Below, in pieces: positions 28,080 through 41,958 of a DNA stretch of 64,000 nt. This DNA comes from Octopus vulgaris (lineage: Eukaryota), in assembly GCA_951406725.2 (NCBI GenBank), contig OX597839.1, positions 7,688,001-7,752,000 of the forward strand. The letters are read 5' to 3'. The notes beneath the pieces are model-generated. The model searched no databases and was not told the origin of the DNA. It was given only the letters and a program-made list of their open reading frames with translations. The translations under genes and the position numbers were made by a program. How positions within the stretch are numbered: the stretch's first letter is position 1; each line of letters starts with the position of its first letter.

Positions 28080-28850
28080 ATGGAACGTGGTGATGTCCTG
28101 TGGCTGTCAGTGGGTGTTGAAGAAGACCGACTGAGTAGTGTTTCTTTTGTCCAAAAGACATTCAGATCAGGGGATAGAGATAATTTTCAGTAATCACAAA
28201 CCTAGAAATGCTGTCGTGGGACACTGTTAGTCCAAAGTTCACCACACAGTCTATTAGCCTTGTTCTAGAAGCTTGGTGAGAACTTTGAAACAGTTCCTTA
28301 CTCAAACATTCAGTTTTCCAATAGAAATGAAATGAGGAAGGCGGCGAGCTGGCAGAATCGTTAACACGCCGGGCAAAATGCTTAGCGGCATTTCGTCCGT
28401 CTTTACTTCTAAGTTCAAATTCTGCCGAAGACAACTTTACTTTTCATCCCTTCGAGGTCGATAAAATATGTATCAGTCAGTTGAGCACTATCCCCTTCCC
28501 GCGAAATTGCAACCTTGTACCAAAATTTTGAACCAATATTAATGAATTGAGGGGCTCTAACTAGCTATTATCGCACGAGAAGTAGATTCAGTTGTAGACC
28601 GGGTTTCCCGTAAAGTTTGATCCACTGTTTTCTTTTGAAAAGAACGTACAGATACTTCTCCACTACGTAGTAGCTGTAGTCAAAGAGATTTCTAAAGGGC
28701 GAGTTTGAAAAGTTCTGGGACAGATCCCAATTTCTCCAACAACACTTCAAAGCCTTTAAGTATCACCTGAAGCAGAAGGCGTAGCTGGAAGGAGAGAAGT
28801 TTTATTCGTGCAAATATGATGAAAGGCGAATGCTAATGACAAAATAAGTA
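28080..28850 (+). pseudogene. Decayed L1/Tx1-like LINE 3' fragment interrupted by a SINE A variant (28338-28540)
   Basis: DVLWLSVGVEEDRLSS..QKTFRSG.RDNFQ..KCCRGTLL...PCSRS...FETV (decayed CCHC knuckle), then VVAVVKEI...AFKYHLKQKA*LE; frameshifts and stops. Confidence 0.6.
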
Positions 28851-29349
28851 TTTACTTATTTCTCAATTACATTCTGAGGGAGGCGTGGTGGATGGCGGAG
28901 GGTGCAGGCACAAGTTATTTTGAGGACGAGTCATAAATTGTGATACGACTTAACTATTGAACTATTTTGTTGTTAGTAATGGACTGTTAAGTCCAAAAAT
29001 TGTAAAATTGTAAGAGGTTAATACCTCGTTTTGAGTTTGTTTTTAAAAGAACAATGTTTTAGAGAAGCAGAAGTCGGCGGGCGCTTTTTGTCTTCTCCCA
29101 TCCCCATCATCTTTCTTTCATTATCATTCATTTCATTAATGTCCTCGTCCAGCCCGCAAAGCTAACTTACTCTATGTACTGCCTTTATGGCAAATGTTAT
29201 GAAATAAAGTATTTAATTATTTCTTATTGCTGGTATAATTATTATTCATTGGCCGTATTTGTCTATCTGATCTAAGACCCACTTTAAGCATGCCACAGAA
29301 CGACGTGGATGATGCTGCACAAAGGCGCTGAAGAAGATGCATCTGCATA

Positions 29350-29866
29350 AATTCATGGACGATGACAAGAGCGCATCATATGCGTTGCCGTTCGTACCTT
29401 CGTGTATGTTTCTGCGCATCTCGTCTCTTTAAGAAACCTATAATCCAAGGCCAAGCGCATATCGATGTTGAGTGTTTGGCCGGAGAGAGGCGTTTGCTCT
29501 TCTGATTTTTGTGGAAGGGAAACGCTCCATCGGTCTGACTCTCCTTTTGTTGTCAACCTCCACTGGAGCAAGCTGTCACAGATGCTGAGTGTCTATGCAC
29601 TTGAGGCTGCAGCATATCTGGCATTAAATTCACCCCGGGTCAGGTAATTTTTCCACAACTAGTCCTGTGTCAGAGTTACAGTTCTGGTTCAAGCAAAAAC
29701 CGAGATTGGATGCTTTGCACATAGGATATTGTCAAACGCTTACGGCCCTCAACCAGTCAGGCAATGCGATTGTTGGCAGACGTTCTACATTGCTATTGTA
29801 TAGAGGATCAGTGGTGGGCAAATGCGGTAACATCCTCGAGGAAACTCTGGCTGTCGATGGAAATTA
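29350..29866 (-). pseudogene. Possible decayed RTE-type LINE 3' end
   Basis: GC-richer island; minus-strand pieces SLKCIDTQHL*QLA..WRLTTKG resemble the RTE C-terminal pattern LK...ID...WE.LA.DR..WR. Confidence 0.35.
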
Positions 29867-29869
29867 TAA

Positions 29870-30190
<321 letters not shown>

Positions 30191-30279
30191 TATATATCGT
30201 TGCTATTTTCTTCTTCTGTCTTCCTTTTGAAATATACTCACAATTATAAAAATTATATATATACATATATATATATAAT

Positions 30280-30433
30280 TATATACGTTTTTATTAATTT
30301 TTGTTTTTTGGCAATTTACATAATCATTGATATTTTATTGTTATTTTAATTTTAATATTTCTATTATATGTAATTTTCTAGATGGTGCAATTTAATTGTT
30401 CATTTTGAATTGATAAAAGGTGGGATTTTTTTC

Positions 30434-30477
<44 letters not shown>

Positions 30478-30549
30478 TGTATGAAATTTGATCTAGTATT
30501 TCTACATTGAATTTTTTTCCTTGTAAGTTTGGATTTATATTGCCTCAAA

Positions 30550-30555
<6 letters not shown>
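30280..30555 (+). mobile_element. AT-rich repeat embedded in (TA)n; an inverted homolog lies at 57285-57535
   Basis: gcaatttac.taatcattga.attttattgttattttaattttaatatttctatta...gtaagtttggattt is shared between the two copies. Confidence 0.75.
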
Positions 30556-30602
<47 letters not shown>

Positions 30603-31803
30603 AGAGAGAGAGAGAGAGAGAGACAGTCAGCCAGACAGAGAGTTTGACAGACATAGATGTTTATATACATATCTATATATACACATATATATGTGATGTA
30701 CGTGCGTGTGCGCATGCGCGCACGTTATCAGTGTTCGTGTGATTATGCGTTATTTTCAATTTAGACGTTTGCTCGATCTTATCGACTGCCATGCTTGTTG
30801 TGTTACAATTGAAGATGTCAGCGAGAACTCTCTGCTTCATATGTTATTAACTCAGACCACCTGAGTCAGAGTCACACGTAAACAGCAATAATTCACAATT
30901 GAAATAAAACATATTTTCTTAAGGGAAAGACAATAGTACTGACTTAATAGCAAAAGTAGGCGTTTAGAATTAGAATTGAGATGTTTAGAATGAGATTTGA
31001 CAAAATATATAAACAACTCCACACAACAAAGTCCTTTCTCTTGTTCTGAGCTATTTTGTTTTATTAATTTGATCTCCTGTCAAAATAAAATCGATATTAC
31101 TTTAATTTGGACAAATTCAGTTGAGAAATTAAACAAAGAGCGTGGTGGCATCGCCAGGAGTGAAGTTGGTGATGGTGGCGGTGATGGTGGTGATGGATGG
31201 TGACGGTGAGTGGTGGTGGTGGTGGGGGGGGGGGGGAATTGAGGATATGTTAGAGGGATGGTGGGAGGAGAGATAAATGATATGTTTTAACTAATTACTA
31301 GTTCATTAATCTCTCACTTTCACTTTCGCTTTCTCTCTCTCACACACACACATATACGCACACACAGAAACACACTCTGACTGGTCGTCTGTCTGCCTGG
31401 TTGCATGTCTGCCTGGTTGCCTGTCTGCCTGGGAGCTGCGTGTGATCGGTGTTTGGCTGGCCCTATGGTAAAACAATGGCGACAATAAATAAATAAATAA
31501 TTGAAAACAAAAAAAATAACAAACTAAATAATCAAATTTATAACAAAAAAAAAGAAGATATAAATGACCAATACTTATTAAAAGAGGTGATTTAATTAGA
31601 TTGAAACATAGACACAAGGTTAAATTTCTTTTTCGTTTTGGTTCTTGCCGCTAATGTTTTGTCTTCTTCCTCATCCGTCATTTTGAAACAATTCGTTTCA
31701 AAATAAATGAAAAAAACAAAAGGAAAGAAAAGAACGACATTAGAGATTTTTTTAAAATGTAGAACTTTTAATTTAAAAAATAAATAGAATATAAATAAAT
31801 AGA

Positions 31804-32002
<199 letters not shown>

Positions 32003-32011
32003 TGTGTGTGT

Positions 32012-32320
32012 GTGGAGGCGCAATGGCCCTGTGGTTAGGGCAGTCGTAAGATTCGCGGTCGTAAGATCGCGGTTTCGATTCCCAGACCGGGCGTTGTGAG
32101 TGTTTATTGAGCGAAAACACCTAAAGCTCCACGAGGCTCCGGCAGGGGGTGGGTGGCGATCCCCCTGGTGTACTCTTTCGCCACAACTTTCTCTCACTCA
32201 TTCTTCTGTTGGCCTGCTCGCTTGGCCGGCAGGGTGGAGTCATTTGAATGCTAAAAACAATGCGGAGCGCATTGTGACCAGCATTGTGATAGCCTGGTCG
32301 GTCACGGTAATCACGGTGAT
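32012..32320 (+). mobile_element. SINE family C with tail B
   Basis: Family C head plus ttctgttggcctgctcgctt...gcattgtgaccagc...gtcacggtaatcacggtgat. Confidence 0.88.
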
Positions 32321-32345
32321 ATATATATGTACGTATATGTATATA

Positions 32346-32765
32346 GGCGTAGGAGTGGCTGTGTGGTATGTAGCTTGCTTACTAACCACATGGTTCCAGG
32401 TTCAGTCCCACTGCGTGACACCTTGGGCTAGTGTCTTCTACCATAGCCTCGGGCCAACCAAAGCCTTGAGAGTGGATTTGGTAGACGGAAACTGAAAGAA
32501 GCACATATATATGTGTATATATGTGTGTGTGTTTGTGTGTGTGTGTGTCTATGTGTGTGTGTGTATGTTTGTGTGTCTGTGTTTGTCCCACCCCCCAACA
32601 TCGCTTGACAACCGATGTTGGTGTATTTACGTCCACGCAAAAGAGACCAATAGAATAAGTACTAGGCTTACAAAGAATAAGTCCTGGGGTCGACTTTCTC
32701 GACTAAAGGCGGTGCTCCTTCATGGCCACAGTCAAATGACTGAAACAAGTAAGAGAATAAAAGAA
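32346..32765 (+). mobile_element. SINE family B, full length
   Basis: Matches the other family B copies. Confidence 0.92.
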
Positions 32766-32983
32766 TATATATATATATATATATATAAATAGATGAGTGT
32801 ATCTTTACCTTGTTAACAATTAACACGGAAAAATAAATAAATAGTTACCAGGGCAGCAAAAATCTCACAAGTAAAGATGTTGTAACTCCTTGTTTATAAA
32901 GGTTGAAACTTCGTGTTTACGTTGAATATTTTGAATAAAATGAATAAAAAATGGAGTTAACGCAGGTTTAAACATGTATTTTT

Positions 32984-33069
32984 ACTTTCTACTCATGTTT
33001 CGAAAATTCCACTGATACTATTCAAAAGAATAAATGGTATAAACAATGCAATCTTCTCTTCGGGAAAGT
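32984..33069 (-). ncRNA. Type I hammerhead-like motif with extended stem II and a CCGAAGA core
   Basis: actttc-CCGAAGA-gaagattgcattg...cagtggaattttc-GAAAC-atga-GTA-gaaagt; perfect 6-bp stem I. Confidence 0.75.
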
Positions 33070-33270
33070 GAAAAAAACGAAATTCGTCAATACGACATTT
33101 TAGCAAAAAATGATGGATTTGTATAGCGATACACAGAATGCTATTAATATTGTTTAAAAAAACGTTATATGATATAACGTCATAAGTAGCTAACAGAAAG
33201 AGTAGGGATATTAATAGTGAATGTTAAATATAAAGGAAATTAAAGTTTAAATTATATATAATGATAGAGA

Positions 33271-33810
33271 CTACTTATATGCACTAAATGTATGTTTCTG
33301 CCAATGCTTAGATCTGTATGCTCGTTCTATAACCGTGTTTACTAGAGTATTTTTAGAAAAAATAATGAAAAATAGCTCAGAATTGCAGAGAAGACAGAAT
33401 TTCTTGCCTTTGTCATATGGTATCGAAATTAAGAGGATCAACCATTCTAAATGAAATTGTTCATTGTGGTCTTTTAAATCCCAAATCAGTTTGCTGAGAC
33501 CGGTACTATTCCATTTATTTCTATCCCTAAATGTTGAGTAATGGATAGAAATTCTTTTAGATAACTCTAACGATGTGCTTCCAATGTAAAATCGTACTTT
33601 ATTACGAGTACTGATTATACACTGGTATATAGAATTTTTAATCTTAGAGTTACTTGACATAAATTTAATTCTATTGGAATTGACTTCAGATACAATAACC
33701 TTGTTATTAATATTTCTAGAGTGTTGGATGGTATTAGCTAAATTAATGTTAGTATTAGTAAATGTATTAATATTTAACAGTTTGTTATTATGAGAAGATA
33801 TAATTTGCAA
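33271..33810 (-). CDS. GIY-YIG endonuclease domain of a Penelope-like retroelement (truncated, RT missing)
   Basis: NSIYQC...FYIGSTS...KRISIHYSTF...STGLSKLIWDLKD...LEWLIL...PYDKGKKFCLLCNSELFFII...LVN; upstream in frame KVRIGFSNTKNLLQIISSHNNKLL. Confidence 0.85.
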   Translation of the reverse strand: MQIISSHNNKLLNINTFTNTNINLANTIQHSRNINNKVIVSEVNSNRIKFMSSNSKIKNSIYQCIISTRNKVRFYIGSTSLELSKRISIHYSTFRDRNKWNSTGLSKLIWDLKDHNEQFHLEWLILLISIPYDKGKKFCLLCNSELFFIIFSKNTLVNTVIERAYRSKHWQKHTFSAYK

Positions 33811-34019
33811 GAGATTTTTTGTGTTTGAAAAAACCTATCCTAACCTTATGTGAATTAATTATAGAGTAATATCTAGAATTGTTTGGAAATTATATCCTCT
33901 CATAATAACAAACTGTTAAATATTAATATATTTACTAATACTAACATTAATTTAGCTAATACCATCCAACACTCTAGAAATATTAATAACAAGGTTATTG
34001 TATCTGAAGTCAATATATA

Positions 34020-34316
34020 GGCGTAGGAGTGGCTGTGTGGTAAGTTGCTTGCTTAACAACCACATGGTACCGGGTTCAGTCCCACTGTATAGCACCTTGG
34101 GCAAGTGTCTTCTACTATAGCCTCGGGCCGACCAAAGCCTTGTGAGTGGATTTGGTAGACGGAAACTGGAAAAAGCCCGGCGGTTCGGCATAAGAGACCG
34201 ATAGAATAAGTACTAGGCTTCTGAAGAGTAAGTCCTGGGGTCGATTTGCTCGACTAGAGGCTGTACTCCAGCATGGCCGCAGTCAAATGACTTAAACAAG
34301 TAAAAGAGTAAAAGAG
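34020..34316 (+). mobile_element. SINE family B lacking the internal microsatellite segment
   Basis: aaagcccg is joined directly to gcggttcggca. Confidence 0.88.
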
Positions 34317-34365
34317 ATTAAAGATATATATATATATATATATATATGAATATATATATACACAC

Positions 34366-34430
<65 letters not shown>

Positions 34431-34438
<8 letters not shown>

Positions 34439-34513
34439 ATGTTACATTACTCGGTAGTCAAGATAAAACTCTGAGTTTTATCTTGACTACCGAGTAATGT
34501 AACATATTGTATA
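34431..34513. repeat. Perfect palindrome with 41-bp arms and a 1-nt centre
   Basis: tatacaatatgttacattactcggtagtcaagataaaactc-t-gagttttatcttgactaccgagtaatgtaacatattgtata. Confidence 0.97.
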
Positions 34514-34579
34514 GATAAATTTCCTCTATTTACATAATATTGAGGTCTCTTTCTTTCTTTTGTTATCTTACCGTTTTAT

Positions 34580-34667
<88 letters not shown>

Positions 34668-34724
34668 TGTTATATTTCGGAATGGTCATTTTGCCAGTTT
34701 AGCCAATAAAATCTTGCACAACAA

Positions 34725-34768
<44 letters not shown>

Positions 34769-35621
34769 TGTGTGTGTGTATACATGTGCTTCTCTGTGTG
34801 TGCGTGTTTGTTTCCTTGTGTCTATGATTGTGTTATAGCCGTAAGTTATTAACTACATTAAGAAAATTAAGTTCACCAGTAACAACCAAGCCTGTTGTTA
34901 TGATCTCAACGTCAGCTAAAATAACATAACGTTATATACAAGAAGACACATCAACAACAACAGCAATATGAACAACAATAGCACAGTTGTTTTTATTGTA
35001 ACAATAGCAACAACAACGATTGCAACATTACCGACATCTTTGCTGGGAATCACAGTAGCAACAACAACAATAACAGCAACATAAGAAGATATCGCATCAA
35101 CATCTACTAAGACAACATTTGGCAGCGTCAACAACTACGACAACAACAACAACAACAACAAGAGGAATAAGAACAACAACAATAACAACGAAAAGGGACA
35201 ATAACAAAACAAACAACAATAATCTCTGGAACATTCTAACGTGATGATGAACAAAAGCGTAGAGAGATGAATTAAAATAGATAAAAACCCAAAGAAAAAT
35301 TTTAAAAAGAAGCTATCTGAAACAGCAACAATAACTTGACAACAACACAACAAAACAAAGCAACAACAACAATAACAACAACAACAACAACAGTGACTTG
35401 CGGTGTCAATTGCTGATTGATTTATCGATTATATATCGAATAAACCTCTGCCATGGAAATATCTCGAAATTTGATATTCAGTTCTATTTTGGCGATTTTG
35501 TATAGAGTTGATGACTCAATGTTTAAGACAAGATGGCGTTGATTATGTTCCATGAGCGCGTATGTATGTATATATACATATATATGTGTGTGTGTGTGTG
35601 TGTATGTGTGTTCGTGTGTAC

Positions 35622-35671
<50 letters not shown>

Positions 35672-35674
<3 letters not shown>

Positions 35675-35951
35675 GAGGCGCAATGGCCTAGTGGTTAGGG
35701 CAGCGGACTCGCGGTCGCAGGATCGCGGTTTCGATTCCCAGACCGAGCGTTGTGTGTGTTTATTGAGCGAAAACACCTAAAAGCTCCACGAGGCTCCCGC
35801 AGGGGGTGGTGATCCCTGCTGTACTCTTTCTTCTGTTGGCCTCGCTTAGCCAGCGGGGTGGCGTCATTCGAAGGCTAAAACAATGCGAACGCATTGTGAC
35901 CAGCGATGTGTAACATCATCTGATGGTCTGGTTGGTCACGTGATCACGTGA
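35672..35951 (+). mobile_element. SINE family C with tail B
   Basis: Same structure as 32012-32320. Confidence 0.9.
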
Positions 35952-36287
35952 TATATATATATATAATACAAATATCTATCTACATACATACATACCTACC
36001 TACATACCTACCTACTCATACACATATAGGTACATATGAGCATAAAAACTGCGGGCGTGGCTTTGTGGTAAGAAGTTTCATTCCGAATCACAGGGTTCTG
36101 TGTTCAGTCACAATGTATAGAACATTGCGCGCGTTTCCTCCCATAGAATTGCCGCCTAAAAATGCTTTATGAGTGGATAAGTAGCAGGTTTAAAAGTAAT
36201 GAATGAGAATCGATTTTTTTTCTTCAAGACGGTGCTTCTAGCACCCAATTCAAATGGCAAAAACAAGTAAAAGATACGCACTCACAC

Positions 36288-36324
<37 letters not shown>

Positions 36325-36330
<6 letters not shown>

Positions 36331-36498
36331 CCTCTGTCTTCCCTTCTTGGGATCTTTCCTTCTCCTTGTTTCCGACGAAGAGCTCCGTTCGAAACGTTGA
36401 ACCCCCTTCCCTTCTTTCCTGAGCGTCAAATAATACTTTAATTGTTGCACGTCCTCGCGTTGCTGTTTTTTTCTGTGTTTTCTTGTTTGGATTAACTA
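36325..36498 (+). mobile_element. Short (TA)n-embedded element with a hammerhead-like motif (36368-36402); inverted homolog at 53985-54157
   Basis: gttt-CCGACGA-a-gagc-tcc-gttc-GAAAC-GTT-gaac. Confidence 0.75.
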
Positions 36499-36514
36499 TA
36501 TATATATATATATA

Positions 36515-38116
36515 TAATATTATTAGAGACAAAACCACTATTTTGCAAAACAAACAAGGAAAGACTTAATCAATACATAAAATTTTAATAAAATGTCAAA
36601 TAAACCGCCACTACAATTGTTTCTTGTCGTGATCGACAATCTTCAGGTGGACTTCCAATCTAAAATATCAATATTTTAAAATATAAAAATAATAATTTTA
36701 AAATAATTAAAGTATTAATGAAAAAATATAAATATATAATCTATATATAACCTATATATAATCCATATATAATCAATATATAAACAATATATAAACTAAA
36801 ATAAACCTATCAACAATTAAATATAAAACAAAACAAAAAATAAACTATATATACACCCATACACATATAACTAATTATATATAACCATATCTAAATATAT
36901 ACACTAAATCACACACCTATATATATATCCCTATACATACACATAAAAACGTCTAGGCAACGATAAATAAATAAAATAGCCAAATACTTCAACACAATAC
37001 TTATTCCTACTCCCTCACACACACATACAACCCACATTCCCGCTCTAGAAACGAACATCATTTAAAATTATGAATGGAGAAATGGAATAAATGGAATTAA
37101 AAATTATATTCACTTGGTAAAACGAACATTACTTAAAAATTATGAATGAAATAATGTAATAAAATAACAGACATCGTAAATAGACATAAATTACTACGAA
37201 TTCTTTAATAAAACTTCCATGATAAACTAAAACTCATAAAAACATATAATGATAAAATCTCCCTTTACTAAACTCTATAACATACCTATATAGCAATCCC
37301 CCTAACCTAAACATTCACACACAAATACACACACGTAAACCACACACCCACGACATATACAAATACCCACCTCACTCACACATACCTATACATACATATA
37401 AACCTCAATATATACTCCAAAAACCCACTCAACCCCACACAGATAAATAAACACATACATCCCCAAACCTATATAGCAAACCCATAAACACATTCACACA
37501 CAAATATACATACGTAAAACACACACCATATACATATACATACTCACTAAACTCGATATATACAACATTATTACACATAATACGATATATAAAATACATC
37601 GTAAGTAACCAGAATATCAAAAATAACAATATGACATAAGGAGAAATAATATACATACTTTCAAGTCAGTTTCAAATTATGAAGTGAAATTAAATTCTAA
37701 ACCAAAATTACGTTACCATAGGAACCTAACATATGTATAAAAAGAATACGCGCTATGGAAGCAAACGTCATTTAAAATTATGAATGGAGAAATAGAATAA
37801 ATGGAATTAAAAATTATATTCACGCGGTAAACTAACATTATTTAAAAAAATTATGAATGGATTCTTTAATAAAACTACCATGATAAATTAAAACTCATAA
37901 AAACATAAATGATAAAACCTCCCTTTACTAAACCCTATAACATACCTATATAGCAATCCCTTTAACCTATACATTGTATTGATTAAGTCTTTCCTTGTTT
38001 GTTTTGCAAAATAGTGGTTTTGTCTCTAATAATATTATATAATATTTTACTATAAAATTGGATTTAATCCTAAATCTGATTTTTTCCCTGTAAATTTGGA
38101 TTTATTCCCTAATATT

Positions 38117-38120
<4 letters not shown>
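36515..38120 (-). mobile_element. Non-coding PLE-like element with a canonical hammerhead, an internal direct repeat and an inverted terminal segment
   Basis: Inverted arms 36515-36577 and 37975-38037; direct repeat about 37054-37315 vs 37764-37974; (TA)n on both sides. Confidence 0.75.
36608..36650 (-). ncRNA. Minimal type I hammerhead ribozyme, canonical core
   Basis: ccac-CTGAAGA-ttgtcg-atca-cgacaa-GAAAC-aatt-GTA-gtgg; all stems pair perfectly; stem III region ACAATTGT is palindromic. Confidence 0.9.
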
Positions 38121-38170
<50 letters not shown>

Positions 38171-38533
38171 GTATATGTATATATATATATATATATATAC
38201 ATAGATAGATAGATAGATATCTTTTCTTAGTGGTCAGACCATATAGGGTCTACCTATTGCATAATGGATGTCCACTTAGTGGTTATCCCTCTTATATATA
38301 TGTAATATAATTTTTCTGAATAATTTTATAAAAATTATTTTAGCATTTTCTACCTTGAATTGTTTTTCCATAAATATCAACTCGTGTGTTCCTTTTCAAC
38401 CTTCTACATATATATATGTTTTCTTATTCTGTTCTGTTGAAGAGCATAGGCTCTAAACCTAAAAGACTTTCTCACTTTCTCGAGCGTCAAACTAATACAC
38501 CTGCTTGTTGTTCATACAGTATTAGCTTTGTTA

Positions 38534-38929
38534 TCTTTATATATAAAAGTGAGGTTGTGTGCTGTCTGTCTCCTACGATTTAGATTCCTAACTACTCCCA
38601 CATTTTGCGGTGCAGTTTAACCAAAACCGGTATCTTATAGACGGGATTCATATCGAGCCCTTCTGGGTATTAGCGCGCGTATACGATGAGTCTACGATTT
38701 TAAAAAACATTTACCATCAATTTTTCCCATTTTTAATGCATTTTTGGCATAAGTAAGGGAAGTAACTCTCTAAAATTTTATTATTAAATCACAGAATGTA
38801 AAAAGCTACAGTAACACCCCCCCCTTTGTGGTTAGCCATATTGAGATGGCTATTATACTTTACATTTCTAAAAATGCTTATATAGTTATTTCCCTTACAA
38901 ATCCGAGCAATGCCGGGCGATACTGCTAG
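38534..38929 (+). mobile_element. Non-autonomous Helitron, 396 bp
   Basis: A|TCTTTATATATAAAAG 5' end; subterminal hairpin tccgagcaatgccggg; CTAG|T 3' end; no TSD. Confidence 0.9.
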
Positions 38930-39153
38930 TATATATATAAATATATATATATATATAAAACAAAATTATACTGGGGGATTATCAATCCGGGCAAAATACT
39001 TCATAAGCTCTCTGTTGACACACCAGGCTAACAGTATTCTTTAGATTAATGATGAACTCCAAGTAATCTTATGGCAGGATCCAAAGTAATGGCTCATCAA
39101 AATTTTATATTGTAAAACCGTGGTTGGTTTCTAGACAAATCGGTATTTTGTCT

Positions 39154-39390
39154 AGGCGGCGAGCTGGCAGAAACGTTAGCACGCCGGGCAAAATGCTTAA
39201 CAGTATTTCGTCTGCTGTTACGTTCTGGGTTCAAATTCCGCCGAGGTCAACTTTGCCTTTCATCCTTTCGGGCTCGATAAATTAAGTACCAGTTACGCAC
39301 TGGGGTCGATATAATCGACTTAATCCGTTTGTCTGTCCTTGTTCGTCCCTTCTGTGTTTAGCCCCTTGTGGGTAGTAAAGAAATAGGTAT
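39154..39390 (+). mobile_element. SINE family A, full length
   Basis: Matches the copy at 446-680. Confidence 0.92.
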
Positions 39391-39444
39391 TTTATACAGG
39401 GTAATACCTGTAAAAGCAAGTTAATGATAAAGCTCATTACACTC

Positions 39445-39950
39445 TGTGTGTATGTGTGTGTGTGTGTAAGTGCGTGTGTCTTTCTGTCTGCTCCCCACCA
39501 CCACTTGACAACCGTAAGTCCCCGTAACTTATCGGTTTGGCAAAAAGGCGACGATGTAATATGCACTAGGCTTAACAAAATAAGTACTGCGGTCGACTCG
39601 TTCGACTAAAAATTCTTCAACGGCGGTACCCCAGAATGGCCGCTGTCTAATGACTGAAATAAGTAAAAGATGAAAGAATAGATTAACATGCAGGTCACGG
39701 TTGGAACGCTTCTGATAATAATAGTTTCTTCAGAGCCGAAAAACATCTGCCAACATCGAGAGTGCAAATTTCTGCCAAGTCGTTCGGTCACTCGCTTGAA
39801 ACTTACTAAAAATAGCAGACAAATCCGTCTCAAATCATATACTATACTATATAAAGAAGACCGCATTAGATGGGATGGTTACGGTTTGAACAGCTTTGAT
39901 CTTTGGTATGCTCAATCAGGGCTGACCTGGGGCTAAATAACAGCACCAAT
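39445..39950 (+). mobile_element. SINE family B 3' half (39445-39675) and a family E tail (39780-39950)
   Basis: ccccaccaccacttgacaaccg...aatgactgaaataagtaaaaga; gatgggatggttacgg...caatcagggctgacctggggctaaa. Confidence 0.7.
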
Positions 39951-40249
39951 AGCAGCAAGCAACAGTAATGAAAAGTTAAAAGCGATAAGATAATGGGAAT
40001 TTAAGTATAATTATAAACTACAAACACAATTAAAATCTGTAAGCTTTAAATAACCTGAGAAGGAGGTGTGACCCCTCTTCTTTGGAGATTACATTTGACT
40101 GTGGTTCCCCTGTTGATGGATCGATACTTGTCTAAAGACCTTTGTTTGAAATCGATCACGTATGTGAAAGACGTTTGATTGTTGCAGAAAACTATAAATG
40201 TCGACATTGTGCGAGTTTGCTTGCATTATAGGAGCAAATATATAAAGTG

Positions 40250-40919
<670 letters not shown>

Positions 40920-41059
40920 ACGGACGAAATGCCCCAGCATGACCGCAGCCACTGTTTGAAGCAAGTACAGGATAACACGTAAGGAAGCAAAGAAAAGAAG
41001 AAAAATTGAATAACGAAGGAAAGAAAGAAGAGTGAAAGAAAAATGTGGGGTAAGAAATA

Positions 41060-41226
41060 TTGATTTCAAATTTTGGCACAAGGCCAGCAATTTTGGGGGT
41101 TGTACTTATTTTATCAAACCCCGAAAGAATGAAAGGTAAAGCTGACCGCGAAGTAATTTGAACTCAGAACAAAAAAACGGACGAAATGCCGTTAAACATT
41201 TCGTCCGGCATGCTAATTACTCTGCT
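41060..41226 (-). mobile_element. SINE family A variant with the alternative tail
   Basis: tttcaaattttggcacaaggccagcaatt...ccccgaaagaatgaaagg...atttgaactcagaac. Confidence 0.75.
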
Positions 41227-41847
41227 ATAATATTTTTATTGATGATGGCCGAGAGAAGTGTCATCGTTGCGGTTCACCTCCAGGTCAGGCATGTGTGAGC
41301 ATACCTATGATCAAAGGCTTTCCACCCGTGAACATCGCATCCTTTTTGGCCTTTCAGCAATTGCCTGGTTGATATTACATTAATTAGTGTACCACCTATA
41401 TTTTTTTACTTCATTAATCGGTGATTATGAAATTTGGAAGAGGATTTGGTTGTTATTTCTAGCAAATTGAATGATCACATGGGAGCTCAAACGTTGATTG
41501 GTGGCGATGTGTGTTAAAAGTGCTCGTGGTAACGGTGTTTGATTTAGAATAATTGCGTAATGTTAATTAATAATCTAGTTATTATTTAATAGACTTTCAT
41601 CAACATCATCACTTTTATTGAGATGAAAATAGAAAGTAAAGCATTAGAATTCGACTAAAATAGGCTAATTAATTTAGTTTGCTAATTAAGTTAGGTTAAT
41701 TTCGCTTACTATCAATTGTTTTTCAAATGCATTCAAATTACTTTGAATGCTGCGACAAAGGAAAATTTGTTCCTGTTTGTACCCATAAATCTATATCTTC
41801 TCACATACATGCATGTACATACATACATACATACATACATACATACA

Positions 41848-41882
<35 letters not shown>

Positions 41883-41884
41883 GC

Positions 41885-41958
<74 letters not shown>

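Larger units (their letters stand above)
32788..34014 (-). mobile_element. 5'-truncated Penelope-like element with GIY-YIG ORF, 3' hammerhead motif and 5' inverted segment
   Basis: ORF 33271-33810, hammerhead 32984-33069, inverted arms 33679-33806 and 33887-34014, 3' end abutting (TA)n. Confidence 0.85.
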
